Assembly (NCBI GenBank): GCA_973895155.1
Contig: OZ316898.1
Location: forward strand, 560,751-624,750
Source: Marsupella aquatica
Lineage: Eukaryota > Plantae > Marchantiophyta
DNA: 64,000 bases
Reading direction: 5' to 3'
A program made the translations under genes and the position numbers. Position 1 is the stretch's first letter. Each line of letters starts with the position of its first letter. A model generated the notes under the pieces. That model saw only the letters and a program-made list of their open reading frames with translations. It made no database searches and was not told the DNA's origin. Below, piece after piece: positions 12,401 to 24,609 of this stretch.

Positions 12401-15400
12401 TAATGGAATTGTGGGCCACAATGTCCCCTCAAACTTGGGCTTGAGCTCTTGTTTGTTGGGTGTTGTATCTTGCAATGTACTCTAACCAGGACTACCCATT
12501 TCAATTTTTTCTTTGCAATTCTTGGTGCTTTATGGAAACTAATGCACACTCCAGATTTGACTGCAGGCGTTATGTAACTTCTGGTCTAGTCTTACTGAAT
12601 ATAGTAAAAATAAAATCTCTTAGGCCTTCATGTGTATGAATGCCCTTTTATGAGGGCAAGATGGGCATAGAAGCCCCTCTAACTTGAGCTACGCCCTTTT
12701 GGGGGGCTGTTATGGCCCGCAATGTCCTGCTATACACACAGAATCCCTGCAAGATTTTTCTATTTGTGTATTTGTGTGCTTTATGAAAGAGAATCTCTGC
12801 TGGCAGCGCATGGACATTTTGAGATTTTCTGTACTTGTATCTTGTTGAAGAAAATAAAATCTAAACTTGCATAGAATTTGGGTTTGTCTTCAAGTGTGAA
12901 GGAAGGAGGAGCATAAAAAAATTTTAATAGCCAGGAAAAATCTTTCATGCATTAGAGTGTAATTCCTTGTTACCAGGGCTTAGGGAGAGAGATGTGCTGT
13001 TTACAGAGCAACTTGTGCTGTGATGCAACAACTTTAGATGAAGTTCTGGGGGCTATTATTGCCCATAATACAGTACAGTAGTACACTTAAAGGCCTAGTA
13101 GATTTTGTATATTGACTATTGTTAGTAAAAATAGACAAGGAATTTTATAGTGAGGCTATCCAAACCTTGACCGCACATTCTTCTCCAAGAATGCACCAAA
13201 AATTAAAATGAGTAAAAAACCATGAAACACAGCAAGGGCAATAACCTCAAAACTCAAGTTAAAGCACTTGTTTGTTCTGTGTCTTATGGATTGTTGGCAG
13301 GGTGCTATTTTGTGTACATAACAACCTACAAATATCCTTCCATAGGTAGTGTAGATATGGCAAGGTGTGGTTGCTTCCTCTCCAAAAGGTATGAAAGGTA
13401 GAACAACCCCAAAAGTATTTAGTAATGCCCAGTTGCATTGTGGGCTACAATGTCCCCCAAAAGGGCTTTGAACCCAAGTTTTTGAGAGGCTGTTGTAGTT
13501 CTCAATGTTTTGGTAACAAGGATCTTATGCACTTTCATTCCTACTATCTTAGGTTTTTTTCTTCTTTTATCACACATGAAGGCAAACTTGAATTGAGATT
13601 TTTACTTCTTCGATAAACAAACAAGTAGAGGACAAATCTCAGAATGCCCCTTGCATAGCCTCGGGTGGGCATACTATTTCATGAAGTACAAAAAAATACA
13701 AATATACAAACTTTGAAGGATTTCAGATTACACAAGACACTGGCCCCTTGCTCCCTTACGCCATAGTCAGGGCCTGAGATGGGCATCTTTCATAAACTAA
13801 AGCAAAATGCATAGAGAAAAATCTTGAAGAGATATAAGTGCTACACAACACGCTCGGCCCCGGCTTCATCACGCGCCCTCCTACAACGAACACCTTTGCG
13901 ATTACTAGTGTGGATAAGCTAGGGACCACTGAGTACAACAGCACGTGAGGAGTGGATAGGACTCCACAACAAAGATTTAGGAGCACTTTATAAGAAGAAA
14001 CGGTAGTTGTGCTACCATTTTCTCTTACCACTGGCCGCCCACGCCAAAACATCACAAGGAAATCAATGGTCAAGGATGGACTAAAATCAATGTCACAAGA
14101 TCAACAATCATCATTGTGTCAGCTAAACACTTGGAAGTGCTCTGGGTCTTTTTTGACCAGAGGACATAGTACATAAGCAGACAAATATCCTGGGGAGGCT
14201 GGGACCCACTTTGGTCCACCTTTGGATGGTACTGTCAGTGGTGTCCTCTTAGTTTGTACAGTGAACTTTAGCCAAAGAGCTAAATCTACTGTGGGGATTG
14301 AGAGGTGTGAGGAAAAAATGCAAACTGCTCCCTCCACTCGTTTTGTAAAGTGCCCCTTAATCACATCACCTAACGATTTCTGGTCAAGACCCACCTAGAA
14401 CAGTGAAAAAGACACCAAAATTAGACCTATATGCAAAGGTCATGACTGTTTTTGCAAAAAAGTCTAAAGAAACTTATCTGCAAACTTGCAAACCATGCAT
14501 GACGGGTGGCTCTTTTTGACAAAAAGTGGTATGGAATGAGGAGATGAAATAAACGGTTTGAGTGGGAAAAAATTTGGCAGCCAAAAAGATGTAAGAATAT
14601 TTCTTACAAACAAGCACCAACAAACCAAAAGCGATCCGTTTATAGATAGGTCTAAAGTATCAATTGTTTCATGTGGGAAACAACCAGGCCAAGAGCAAGG
14701 AACTTGAAGCCCCCATGGACCACAAGGTTAGTCTTTGAAGCTCCCATGGACCACATTTCACAAAATTGAGTTTAACTGTAATACATAATATTTATAAATT
14801 GAAACTTTTAGTAGGTTTGGGGACATGCTAGAGTTGTAGGTAATTACATGTCCATCAAACTGACACTAACTTTTTGGGCCATTTTGGTTGAGTTTTTCAT
14901 CATGGAATGTGGAGGGGAGAATTTCATTACATCCATTTTCATTTTGAGAATATGAAATATAATCTTAGGGTTTGCTTTTCAAGTATCCTCCTTCTCTAAT
15001 TGTCTTGCAAGTACAAAACTAAGAATGATTTTTTGGGCTCATAGTCATTAAGGTATGGGCCCCAAATTACTCATGGACCACCAAAATGTGGTCCACGAGA
15101 GCACTCTGCCCAACATGGTGGTCTATCGTGGCTTCAGTTTTCAAGAGCAAGTCTTCCTTTACTCGACGTACAAGTTTCTTAAAAACTAAAATCGAAGCCG
15201 AGGAACGCGGCAGTATGTTCCTCACGGCTAGAAAGGTAGATTGGCAGCTAACAAGTAGACAGCAAAGGTACCTCAAAAGCTACGAGTCAGTAGGCCCAAA
15301 CACGCTGTCTTGTCTGGGGTAATTGCCACAGCCTCATTATTGTCCGGTCAATACCTGGCAGTTGTACTTGACCTGGAACCCGAAAACCATCATTATCCTC

Positions 15401-17839
15401 ATTATGTTCAATTCCTCTTTACGAATTTCTTTCTTTTGTCTTCATTGTTATGACAAAATCACTAATAACATTAGAACTTCCCCAAAAATCAACAAAAGGC
15501 ACTTATTAGTACCTCTATGCTTTATCGACCCAGTACAGGTACCTGGGTGGCAGGACGGTTGGTATCCTCGTACTGCCTGTTGGTTCCTACAAGGAGTCCT
15601 ACTGCAGTCTGCAGTCTCCATACCATTTAGAGCAATTCACCCCAACAGGTTCCTGCCTTCAGGATAAGCTAATTTGGGGGACCAAATCTATCGGCGACAA
15701 AACATCCCAACGATGCTGATAGACCACGTTTGTCATTTTTCCTCTCATTTTGAGTCCACCTCATCGTTTTGGACTCACTTGGGAATTCTATAGTTGAACC
15801 CCCTATTCTATGTGGCGCAACCTTCCTGACCTGCTGCTCTGGAATTAATTTTCAGAGTTAATTATTTAGCTTTTAATTTTCTAAGGTGAGTATGTTCTTT
15901 GATTTTAGTGCCTTTTTATTATAGATAGAAACCCTTAAAAAAAATTATACTTCTGTTTTGTAGTATCCTTAAGTACTCATGAATAAACCTCACGTCAGAG
16001 TCCCAATCCCCAGGCACTGGCTGTTTGTAAAAATTTTATATATACTATGAGCCGGACTATGAATTTGGAACCCTGGGCCTTCCACCCCAATCACGCCCTT
16101 TATTTCCAATCCTTCAACCATTGTACTAAGCACTTCAGCTCACACTCAAAACTCACTAAGAGTATTTTATTATTAAATTGCAAACAAAGTTAGAGCTGAG
16201 GTCTAGGATTCTAGACTGAAACCTCTAGACCATCACCCCTAAGGCCCCACCAAAATTATGTCTCTGAAAAAAATGATAATATGTTATGTATGTCAAAATG
16301 ACTAGCATGTATGATGATTTCTGCCATCATTTTTAACCATATTCAAAAAATAGGCATTCCCGTTACTTTTACATTTCCAGCTTCTTGAAGCCATGCCTAT
16401 TCTGGTCAGCTCAAAACAAAATGAATTGTAGTAGAACGGGCCAGCTATGCTCATAATCCTGCCCACCAATCAATTCGTCTCCCTCTTTTCTGTTGGAATG
16501 GAAGAGGGAAACCCGTCCATCCAGCCTGACCATGCAACTGGCCTGGAAAGTGGGAAAGCCCTCAATGCTCTGACAAAAGAAAGAGTCTTAGGCTTTGTGG
16601 GCAAAACACTCTTGGCACCAAAAAAAGGGCACAGGGTCAGCCAAAACAACCACGGTCAAATTCCCAGAGGCACAGACAAACCATCATAGAACGGAGAATA
16701 TAAGTGAAGAGTAACTGGAGTCAACAAATTCAGTGATAATCAAGAGAATCACCGTTAATGTGGTCTTATCTTAAACATAACAAAGTAATTGACACGGAGA
16801 ACAAAAAATGGGCATGGGATCCAGCAGAATCTGCTTGCTTGGATACAGATCAAACTAACTAAGCTTTGCTTGATGTTCAAAACACCAGAGACACGGTGAG
16901 AAAGCTTGAACAAATTGCGTCATTTTATGCCCATTGTTAGTCTACGGTTCTGAGAGTCAATTCCTTTAAGCCACATAATTGGCATCCTGAAGGGCAGCAT
17001 CATTATCTTCTTCCTACAATTACCTTAGAACATCTACACTATGGTTGCCTGAAAGCTCAAATTTCAGATTAAACAGAAAAAATGATATGGAAGATTAAAA
17101 TTCAGGGAAACAAGGAAAGACCAAGGGGGGGGGATGTGTGAGTTTCATTTCTTCAATTTATTCTAATGTCATCAGTGGCTCCTTGCTTTGCAGTGTAATG
17201 ATTTCCCTATAACTCTATACCGTTTCATACAACTCAATAGTTCCAAACAAGATAGAATGGACCTTGGTTCTGGCTTGGGGTCTAATAAAAATCGATACTT
17301 GTGCCATGGAGATCTCGATGGTAAATTTCACACCTACTTGATGGAAAAAATTAGAGTGAAATAGAAGAGCCGTGCGGGGAGCTGTGACTAGAAGAACCTA
17401 TGATAGTAAAGATTGTCCATGATGCAAATGGACTGATCAGATAGGGATTATTCTAATATACCACTCATTGATAGTAAGGAAATGCTTACTACAAACAATC
17501 TGGCACATTTTGAGATATGTCAAATTTAAGAGCAAGAATTTGCTGCAAAACATTTTGTAATGATAAGTGTACAGCTGTGTAAGGCACATTTTTAAAGTAA
17601 AGTGGTCCTCAACAAACTGCATAGTCTTTGTTTCACTTACAGATAGGTAGCACATCAGAAACCCCAATCAAAAATCAAAACAATAATAAAGCAAAAAAAC
17701 TAATTTGTCTTGTAAGAAAACTTAGGATTTGCTAAATAGGAACTCAACGTTCAGAAATACTGATGGTGGAGATTGAAACGCTGTTCATGATTACACTGTT
17801 TGCAGTGCTCCTGCCGGTGTGCTGAGTTTATGCTACAAG

Positions 17840-19690
17840 AACTAGGTGGAGAATGTTTGCATGAGATATCCACAGCAAATTAGGACTATGTGACAGTCAC
17901 TAGTGGGTCCAATGCCACCATTTGACCTTAAATCATCACTGGCCATATAAAAGGAGAGGTGTCCAAGATTTCTCTTTTTCACATTCTTCTCCTCTACCAC
18001 TGTTTTTGTCATGGCTAGTGGCTCTTTAAACAAAATCAAGTGTAGATGTGTCCATCTGATAAAGGGAATAATGTGCCTAATAGACCCCCAAAGAGCAGTT
18101 TCTTGCTTGATCAATCACCAAAGTCCACTTGTTACCCAATCTATCCGTGCTGACAGTTTCTTAAAGATAGTTCTTGTGAGGAGCACTATAGGGAGACTGA
18201 CCACCGCGAACTCTAATTTTCTATCATATGAGCCCATGGTCTTGCCTGTGGTAATACGCCACAGTTGTGTCGAGATAGAGTCCGTCCGCAATCCAAGAGT
18301 GATGAAAATGACACTGGGCGCAATTGTGGGTACTTTTGTGTTTGAACACAAAACTAGTATTAATGGTCTTCAGTCATTTAGGGATTAGTCTTCAGTCCTC
18401 TAAAGTTTAGAGGTAGTATAACTGGGTTGCTATCTCCATAATGTTCATCGTTGCTTTGTTGAGAATCTTTATCATTGCATACAAATCTACTTTTGGATCT
18501 CCCCTATTCAGGGACAAATGCTTTGCTAGATCTCTTTGACACAGATTTACTAAATCTGCATACTTGGTGTTCAAAAATTATTAAATGTTCTTGAAATGTT
18601 TTCAATCTTGTACCGCAAGACCATTATCACAGCCAAGAATTCAAACACTTGTCAAATTCTCTAAAATCCTTGAAATGTTTGCTCTTTTGAATTTGAGTTG
18701 TCTTTGCTTCCACTGCGCACAATTGACCCAAGACAGTTTTTGCATTATGTCTCGCATTATGCATTCTCAACAAAGTGTAGTTAGGAGAATAAACAATAAC
18801 ATAGCAACAAGGATTGATGACAACATTAAATTCTTGCACACCTTCTTATGGGCTTTCTCATCAAGTATCCTGGCTACATCCTAAATCCAGGTTGTTGGAA
18901 AACGTCAGCTCAGACTAGGCAACAATGCGGAACATAAGAATGCACACAATCTCATACTACACCTACAAGACACCAATGATAGAGGAACTCTTGAAGAATC
19001 CATAGCTCATGAGAAAGAACATGTGAAGAATGAGGGAGTGAGTGCTTTCCCTCCAACCTATACCCCCCAAGGGGGACTAAGATGTGTGGCCCTAAATAAG
19101 TGGATCTTATCCTAAATTAACCAAGGGTCAACTAACCCTAGTAAGGCCAAACTAACTAAAGTCGGGAACTCGAGTCAATTCCTGACACATGTGCAATTGC
19201 GTCTTGTTTTTGGGCATGCTCTATCTTGTGGTGGTAATCTGTCACATTTAGGAATGTCCACTTCAGACAAATTCCCTCTATGCCAAAGATCCGACCAAAG
19301 ATGCACAATAACATCAAAATCTCCAACATCTGATGTCCCTAAGTGTACCTCACACCACTACAATGCCGTCTAGATTGCATGCAAACTCTAATGGAAAGAC
19401 ATTGAGCCTCCCAATAACCTCTGGTACAATAGAATCCCCCAAACCTTATGATCGACATAAGTAGTCGTGACAAATGTGAAACAATGAACATTTGGATTAC
19501 GTTCTGTGAGGACAATTCAACAATGAACATCTGAAGACATTACACATTGTTTTCACATCATTTTTGAAATCCTTGGTAGTTGCCATCGTGGTGCGGCCAA
19601 CCCTAAACCAAACATTTGACAGTTTGGTCAAGTAGCTTGCATCCATGGACAGGTTCAGGGAGACTGCAATTGCAATACTCACTTATGCCA
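17840..19690 (-). pseudogene. Decayed coding relic of unknown, probably TE, origin, interrupted by a solo LTR
   Basis: Broken minus-strand frames (e.g. TRTIFKKLSARIDWVTSGLW*LIKQETALWGSIRHI) with a diverged inverted copy at about 19730-19850 that conserves the same peptide. No family recognised; boundaries approximate. Confidence 0.35.
18893..19187. mobile_element. Solo LTR (295 bp)
   Basis: Begins TGTTGG and ends TGACA; flanked by a near-identical 5-bp TSD CAGGT / CATGT; no internal coding sequence. Confidence 0.7.
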
Positions 19691-19890
19691 TAAACTAGGC
19701 TCACGTTCTCATATACCATAGTACACAAATAATGCCCTATACAAGAACATTTCACCAAAAACTATCAACAGGGGTAGATTGGGTAACAAATGGATTCTTG
19801 GGGTTAATCAAGCAAGAAACAGTTGTTTGGGGGTCTGTTAAGCATATACCTCTTGACAAAGGGCTTGTGTATCATCAAGTTGCCTTGTAA

Positions 19891-20279
19891 GAGCATCTCC
19901 AAATTTTTACAGGTGAATGCTAAATCCATTATTTAGCCCATCAATCTGGGGCCTGGAAATTAGAAAAGCACCCATCCAAGATTCACTACCCAATTCTCTC
20001 ACCAACCATTCCCCTCCTTTGAACTCTATACTCTCCAAACTGTTGATATGTTATTATACTTAGATTCAAAATCTCAAGCATATGCAAGATCTTATTACAC
20101 ATGGTGGGACCTTTGATGTAGACGAGGATAGAGGGCTGAGATAGAGGGCTGAGATAGAGGTATCTTGCCTTGCTGCCATTTATTTAGGGACCTGGGCCAC
20201 CTTGGCAAACCATCCCTCCAAAATAAGCCCCTATACTCTCTTTTCTGCCACACATTTGAACCAACTGTTGGAGATACTC
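19891..20279. mobile_element. Tourist-like (PIF/Harbinger) MITE, 389 bp
   Basis: TIRs GAGCATCTCCAA (19891) and TTGGAGATACTC (20268-20279; 11/12 match); TAA on both flanks. Contains a short GATAGAGGGCTGA tandem repeat at 20127-20160. Confidence 0.8.
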
Positions 20280-20444
20280 TAAGTGAAGGCCAGATAAAGT
20301 TGACTTCTTAGTTATGGTACCTCTAAATTTGGCAGGAGCACCCTCTCGTTTTCCTACCAAGATCCACCCCGCCCAGCAGTTTACTAATACTGGAATAGGA
20401 AAACTCAACCGGTACCTGTCCAACCTAATAAACTTGGGAGAGCC

Positions 20445-20506
20445 AATCTCAATTTCTACTTCCATTTTGGGGGTAGAAATCTCAATTTCTGCTTCCATTT
20501 TGGGGG
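20445..20506. repeat. 33-bp tandem repeat, about 2 copies
   Basis: AATCTCAATTTCT(A/G)CTTCCATTTTGGGGG at 20445 and 20478. Confidence 0.85.
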
Positions 20507-21890
20507 CCTCACACACAAAACATAAATGATCACGCTTCTGTGTGCAACAGCAATTGGGAAAGACTACTGTAGACTTTCTGCCACTTCTTTTTGCTGGTTG
20601 TGGAAAACTTGTGTAGAAATTATTTTATTTATTGTTTTGGAAGGAATTCTTTCTGGATGCTTAAGCAAGCTGTGACCTTTCACGTCCTCGGAGTGCTGGA
20701 TTGATTATTCCTTTCCCATTGGGAGATCTAAGGCAAAGCGCAAGGCGGAGCTGACCAATGAGCTCCTTCAAATTCCCATCTTGGAGAGATGATTGCAAAA
20801 TACAAACAGGTCACAGCAGGAGACTGCACCAGACTAACCAGTAAAGGCAAAATTGAGACCACACCTCCGTGTAAAGTGGATGTCAAGACTATACCTCAAT
20901 GTAAAGGCGAAATCGAGACTCCAAAATGTCTCCAAAATGTTAAAATTTAAGGGGAAATACAGGACCAAAATGAACTTTCACAGCATAGTGAAAGTACCGC
21001 CTGCCGTCCCGGCCATTGCCGTAAATCAACGCTTCAGATGAGACAAATAATTTGAGACTCGGTCTTATTTTATTGACCCAATTCGTGCCACTAACAATAA
21101 TAACAGATATCAAGATGCAAAGTGTGACAACGTATGGGTGCCCAAAAGTCTGACCGTACGACTCCCAGGTGTAGTACAGTACTGGAAAGCATTCGGGAGC
21201 GAGTCCGAGATGCCCAACGCTGATAAATTCAGACTTGGGAATTTATGTGTCTGATCGCGTGTGAACTTATTTGTCACTAGAATGAAACCTCTACAGTAGA
21301 TGGACTCTAGGAGCATCGCTGAAGTTTGGAGTGAAGTTTGGAGTGCTGAAAATGGACATTGGAGGCAAAGTGAGTCTCTGAGAGTGATCTACTGTAGTAT
21401 CATTGTGAACGAAACCAATGAAATGGGGAATCGGTGGATGGACCAAAGGCTTGCATGTCGGCACTTATATTTAATTAATCAGGCGAGGATTTATAATCGG
21501 TGCGCGTGGGACCTACGGACGGAAATGAAACAGTGCCAAATATACGGTAGAGCGGGCCGGTCGAGAGCAAAGCGCAAGGAAAAAGTACAGTCGAGACGCG
21601 TTTGACGTGAATCTGCTTAAGCGGCAGTAAGTTAGAATTAGCGTGCATTGAGAGAACTTTCAAATTTGTCGTTACGGGCGTCGACATCATCCGCACGTGG
21701 CGAAGGGATGTTGGCGCTCGCCGCTGTTTGAGGGTCCCTCAATATAGAGCCACAGTTGGGGCTGCCCTCACCACCCCACTAGGGTGGACGAGGGACAACC
21801 ACCGGATGACGGGAGTAAAGCTCAGTTGGACTACTCTTCTGTCCGTCTTCCAGCCTTCTTCGTCTTCGTCGTCATCGTCAGAAAGATAGC

Positions 21891-21914
21891 GAGGAGGAGG
21901 AGGAGGAGGAGGAG
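21891..21914 (+). repeat. (GAG)8 microsatellite in the probable 5' leader of the Tubby-like gene
   Basis: Direct reading of the sequence. Confidence 0.9.
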
Positions 21915-22296
21915 ACAGGCTACTACTGCTCTGCTACTACGATTACGAGGGGTGGGGTGGGGTGCAGTGGGGCAGCGAACGAGGAGAACGGATTATGCTC
22001 GAGGGAAAGGCCTTCGAGAAGGCTAGGAAGGCTGGTGGTGGTGGTGGTGGATCCGCGAAAGGCGAGACGAGCAGGCGTTGGGGATCGAGGAGGAGGAGAC
22101 GGGAGCGAGACCGGTAGGCATCGTGGAGGAACGAAGAAGATCGACCGAGCGCTGCTGGCTGTGTGTGTTAATTTTGTTTATTGTGTGGATCGGAAGGAGG
22201 TTAGAGAGGTATAGCAGGTTCAGTCGGTGGTTTCGTTCGTCGTCTTCAGCGTACTCTTCTATAGGTGAAGTGGGAGGGGTCGACAATTTGGCCCTG

Positions 22297-24609
22297 ATGC
22301 CCCTCAAAAGCATCATGAAGGAGGTGAAGGGGGGCATCGGAAGTATGTCCAGGCGGAGCTTCGATGCAACAAGGTTCGCGCACCACATCAGGGCGCGGTC
22401 TAGCAGTGTTGTGTTGGATGAGACTCATTTGAAGCTTGATGGAAGTATAATCCAGCAGAGCTGTTGGGCCAGCATGCCGCCAGAGTTGTTGCGAGATGTT
22501 ATACAGCGAGTGGAATCGAGCGAGGGCGTGTGGCCTTGCCGTCGGCATGTTGTCGCTTGTGCTTCTGTTTGCAGCAGCTGGAGGGAGATAACCAAAGAGC
22601 TTGTGAAGACACCTGAGCAGTCGGGAAAGCTGACTTTTCCAATATCTCTCAAACAGGTGAGAAGGCACCTGTGGTCTCCCGTTGACAAACTCTCTCATCT
22701 CAGTGTCCTATCTCCACGAAAGCTTGATCTCGTTCTGTTAGTTACTCTATGTTTGCCGGTTTAATTTTCGAGGATGAAGCGCTTTTGCATGCCTTGGTTT
22801 CATTCCGCTTTAGGTCAGGGTCGCACTTATCTCGACTTGTCCTAGAAAGTTGGAAACAGCCGCGTGATAGTAGTTCGAAGTGTTTCTGAACAGTGTTTCC
22901 ATCGTTTGCATCCGTTCTAGGAGTCGGATCTGTACTATGCTCTCAAGGACAGCAAACAATGTAGTTGTAAAGCCTCCAGTAGGTTCCGCACGCATATCGC
23001 CGTTCTCATGAGTGAAAACTTCCGTATGTTGATTGTTGTGTCGTGCCTCCTGCCGGTCCCGTTAACTGTCGAGTTGTCCTCCTTATCAATCCTGTGTCTT
23101 GTCTTCCCTTTGTCACCGTAGGTATTTCTTGTCAAGCTCGTGATCTTTCTTTTCCCTATCACTTTTACCTGTTTCCGTCCTCGTCGAGCTCACTTCTTCC
23201 CGTTGGTCAGTTACAGCTTCATACCATGTCTATCCGGCACACTTCTAGAGTTGTGTGTGAGTACTTCTGTTGAGGTCGGCATCGGGTACTCTTTTGGAGT
23301 GGTGCCACCTTGCCCGAGTATGAAAGAAGATACCCTTCTGATAATGTTTTTGATTGTACGATCTTTTGCAGCCTGGTCCTCGAGACAATACGGTACAATG
23401 TTTTATTAAGCGAGATAGGACGACGTCCACATACCAGCTATGGCTATGTCTCGGGCCTCCTCCAGGTTGGTTTCAGGTCCCTCTTATCTTATCGTGATCC
23501 CTCTTTAGCTACACGTTTAGTTTTTGAAGTTTGGTTGTGGAGTGTTGTGGCCAAGTTTTCTATATCGGGCTAGGAGACTGCGATTTCATATTATGATGGG
23601 CCTAAACCGTCGGTCGGTTCATTATTGAAGATGCATGACAAGACATCTTAGGAATCTTATGCCATTGAATCGTGCAGCAGTGATGGAGGAGGGGAAGTTT
23701 CTCCTGGCCGCTCGGAAATTCCGACGTGCGACGAGCACTGACTACATTATCTCTTTGAATGCGGACGACATGTCTAGGGGAAGCAGCACTTACGTCGGGA
23801 AGTTGCGGTGTGTTCTCTTGTACATTGATCTGCACCATGGTTTGGCTTTCCATAAGTTGCCTGGTTGGGGCGTGGGACGTGTTCTTGACATTATTTACTC
23901 CTTTTTTTGTGTCAGGTCCAACTTTTTGGGCACGAAGTTCACGATCTACGACAGTCAACCGCCGCACAATGGTTCGGTGCCGAACGCCGCCCGCACTTCT
24001 GGAAGGCGTATGAGCAATAAAGTTTCTCCAAGAGTACCTGCAGGTAGCTATAATGTCGCTCATATAGCTTATGAGCTTAATGTTTTAGGAACCAGAGGTC
24101 CAAGGCGCATGCAATGCACTCTGCATACCATCCCGGCCTCTGCCATGGATCCGAATGGATCGGCACCGACTCCTACGGAATTTTCTGCGAGTACTTTCAA
24201 CGTCGAGGATGCCATCTCTTTCTCTGGATTGCTACCTTCTCCGAAATCAAAGTCAGCGGTTGCAGATTGCAGTGCGGCAGACTTCGAGTCAATGACCAGT
24301 GGACTTCTGAGCAAGGACGGGCCTTTGGTTTTGAAAAACAAGGCCCCTCGGTGGCATGACCAACTTCAGTGTTGGTGTTTAAATTTCCGTGGTCGTGTAA
24401 CTGTCGCGTCTGTCAAGAATTTCCAACTCGTTGCTGCCACAGAGCCCAATCAAACTTCTGGACAAACGAGCGACCACGACAAAGTTCTTCTACAGTTCGG
24501 AAAGATTGGCAAGGACATGTTTACTATGGACTATCGTTATCCACTTTCAGCCTTCCAGGCATTTGCCATTTGTCTAAGCAGCTTTGATACTAAGTTAGCA
24601 TGCGAATAA
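22297..24609 (+). CDS. TLP: Tubby-like F-box protein; exons 22297-22656, 23372-23465, 23678(or 23681)-23807, 23916-24609
   Basis: F-box [17 protein letters not shown]...[17 protein letters not shown]; LTFPISLKQ|PGPRD..QCFIKR; Tubby domain [108 protein letters not shown]. Confidence 0.96.

Noticed and set aside
16400-17350. Strand-skewed stretch resembling a LINE 3' end (similar ones at 37310-37565 and 51240-51505)
   Set aside because: Composition and short A-tails only; no TSD or coding motif confirmed.
22023-22698. Antisense ORFs over Tubby exon 1, and the 228-aa ORF start at 22078
   Set aside because: Shadow frames. The conserved start is the ATG at 22297, after an acceptor-like TATAG at 22264.
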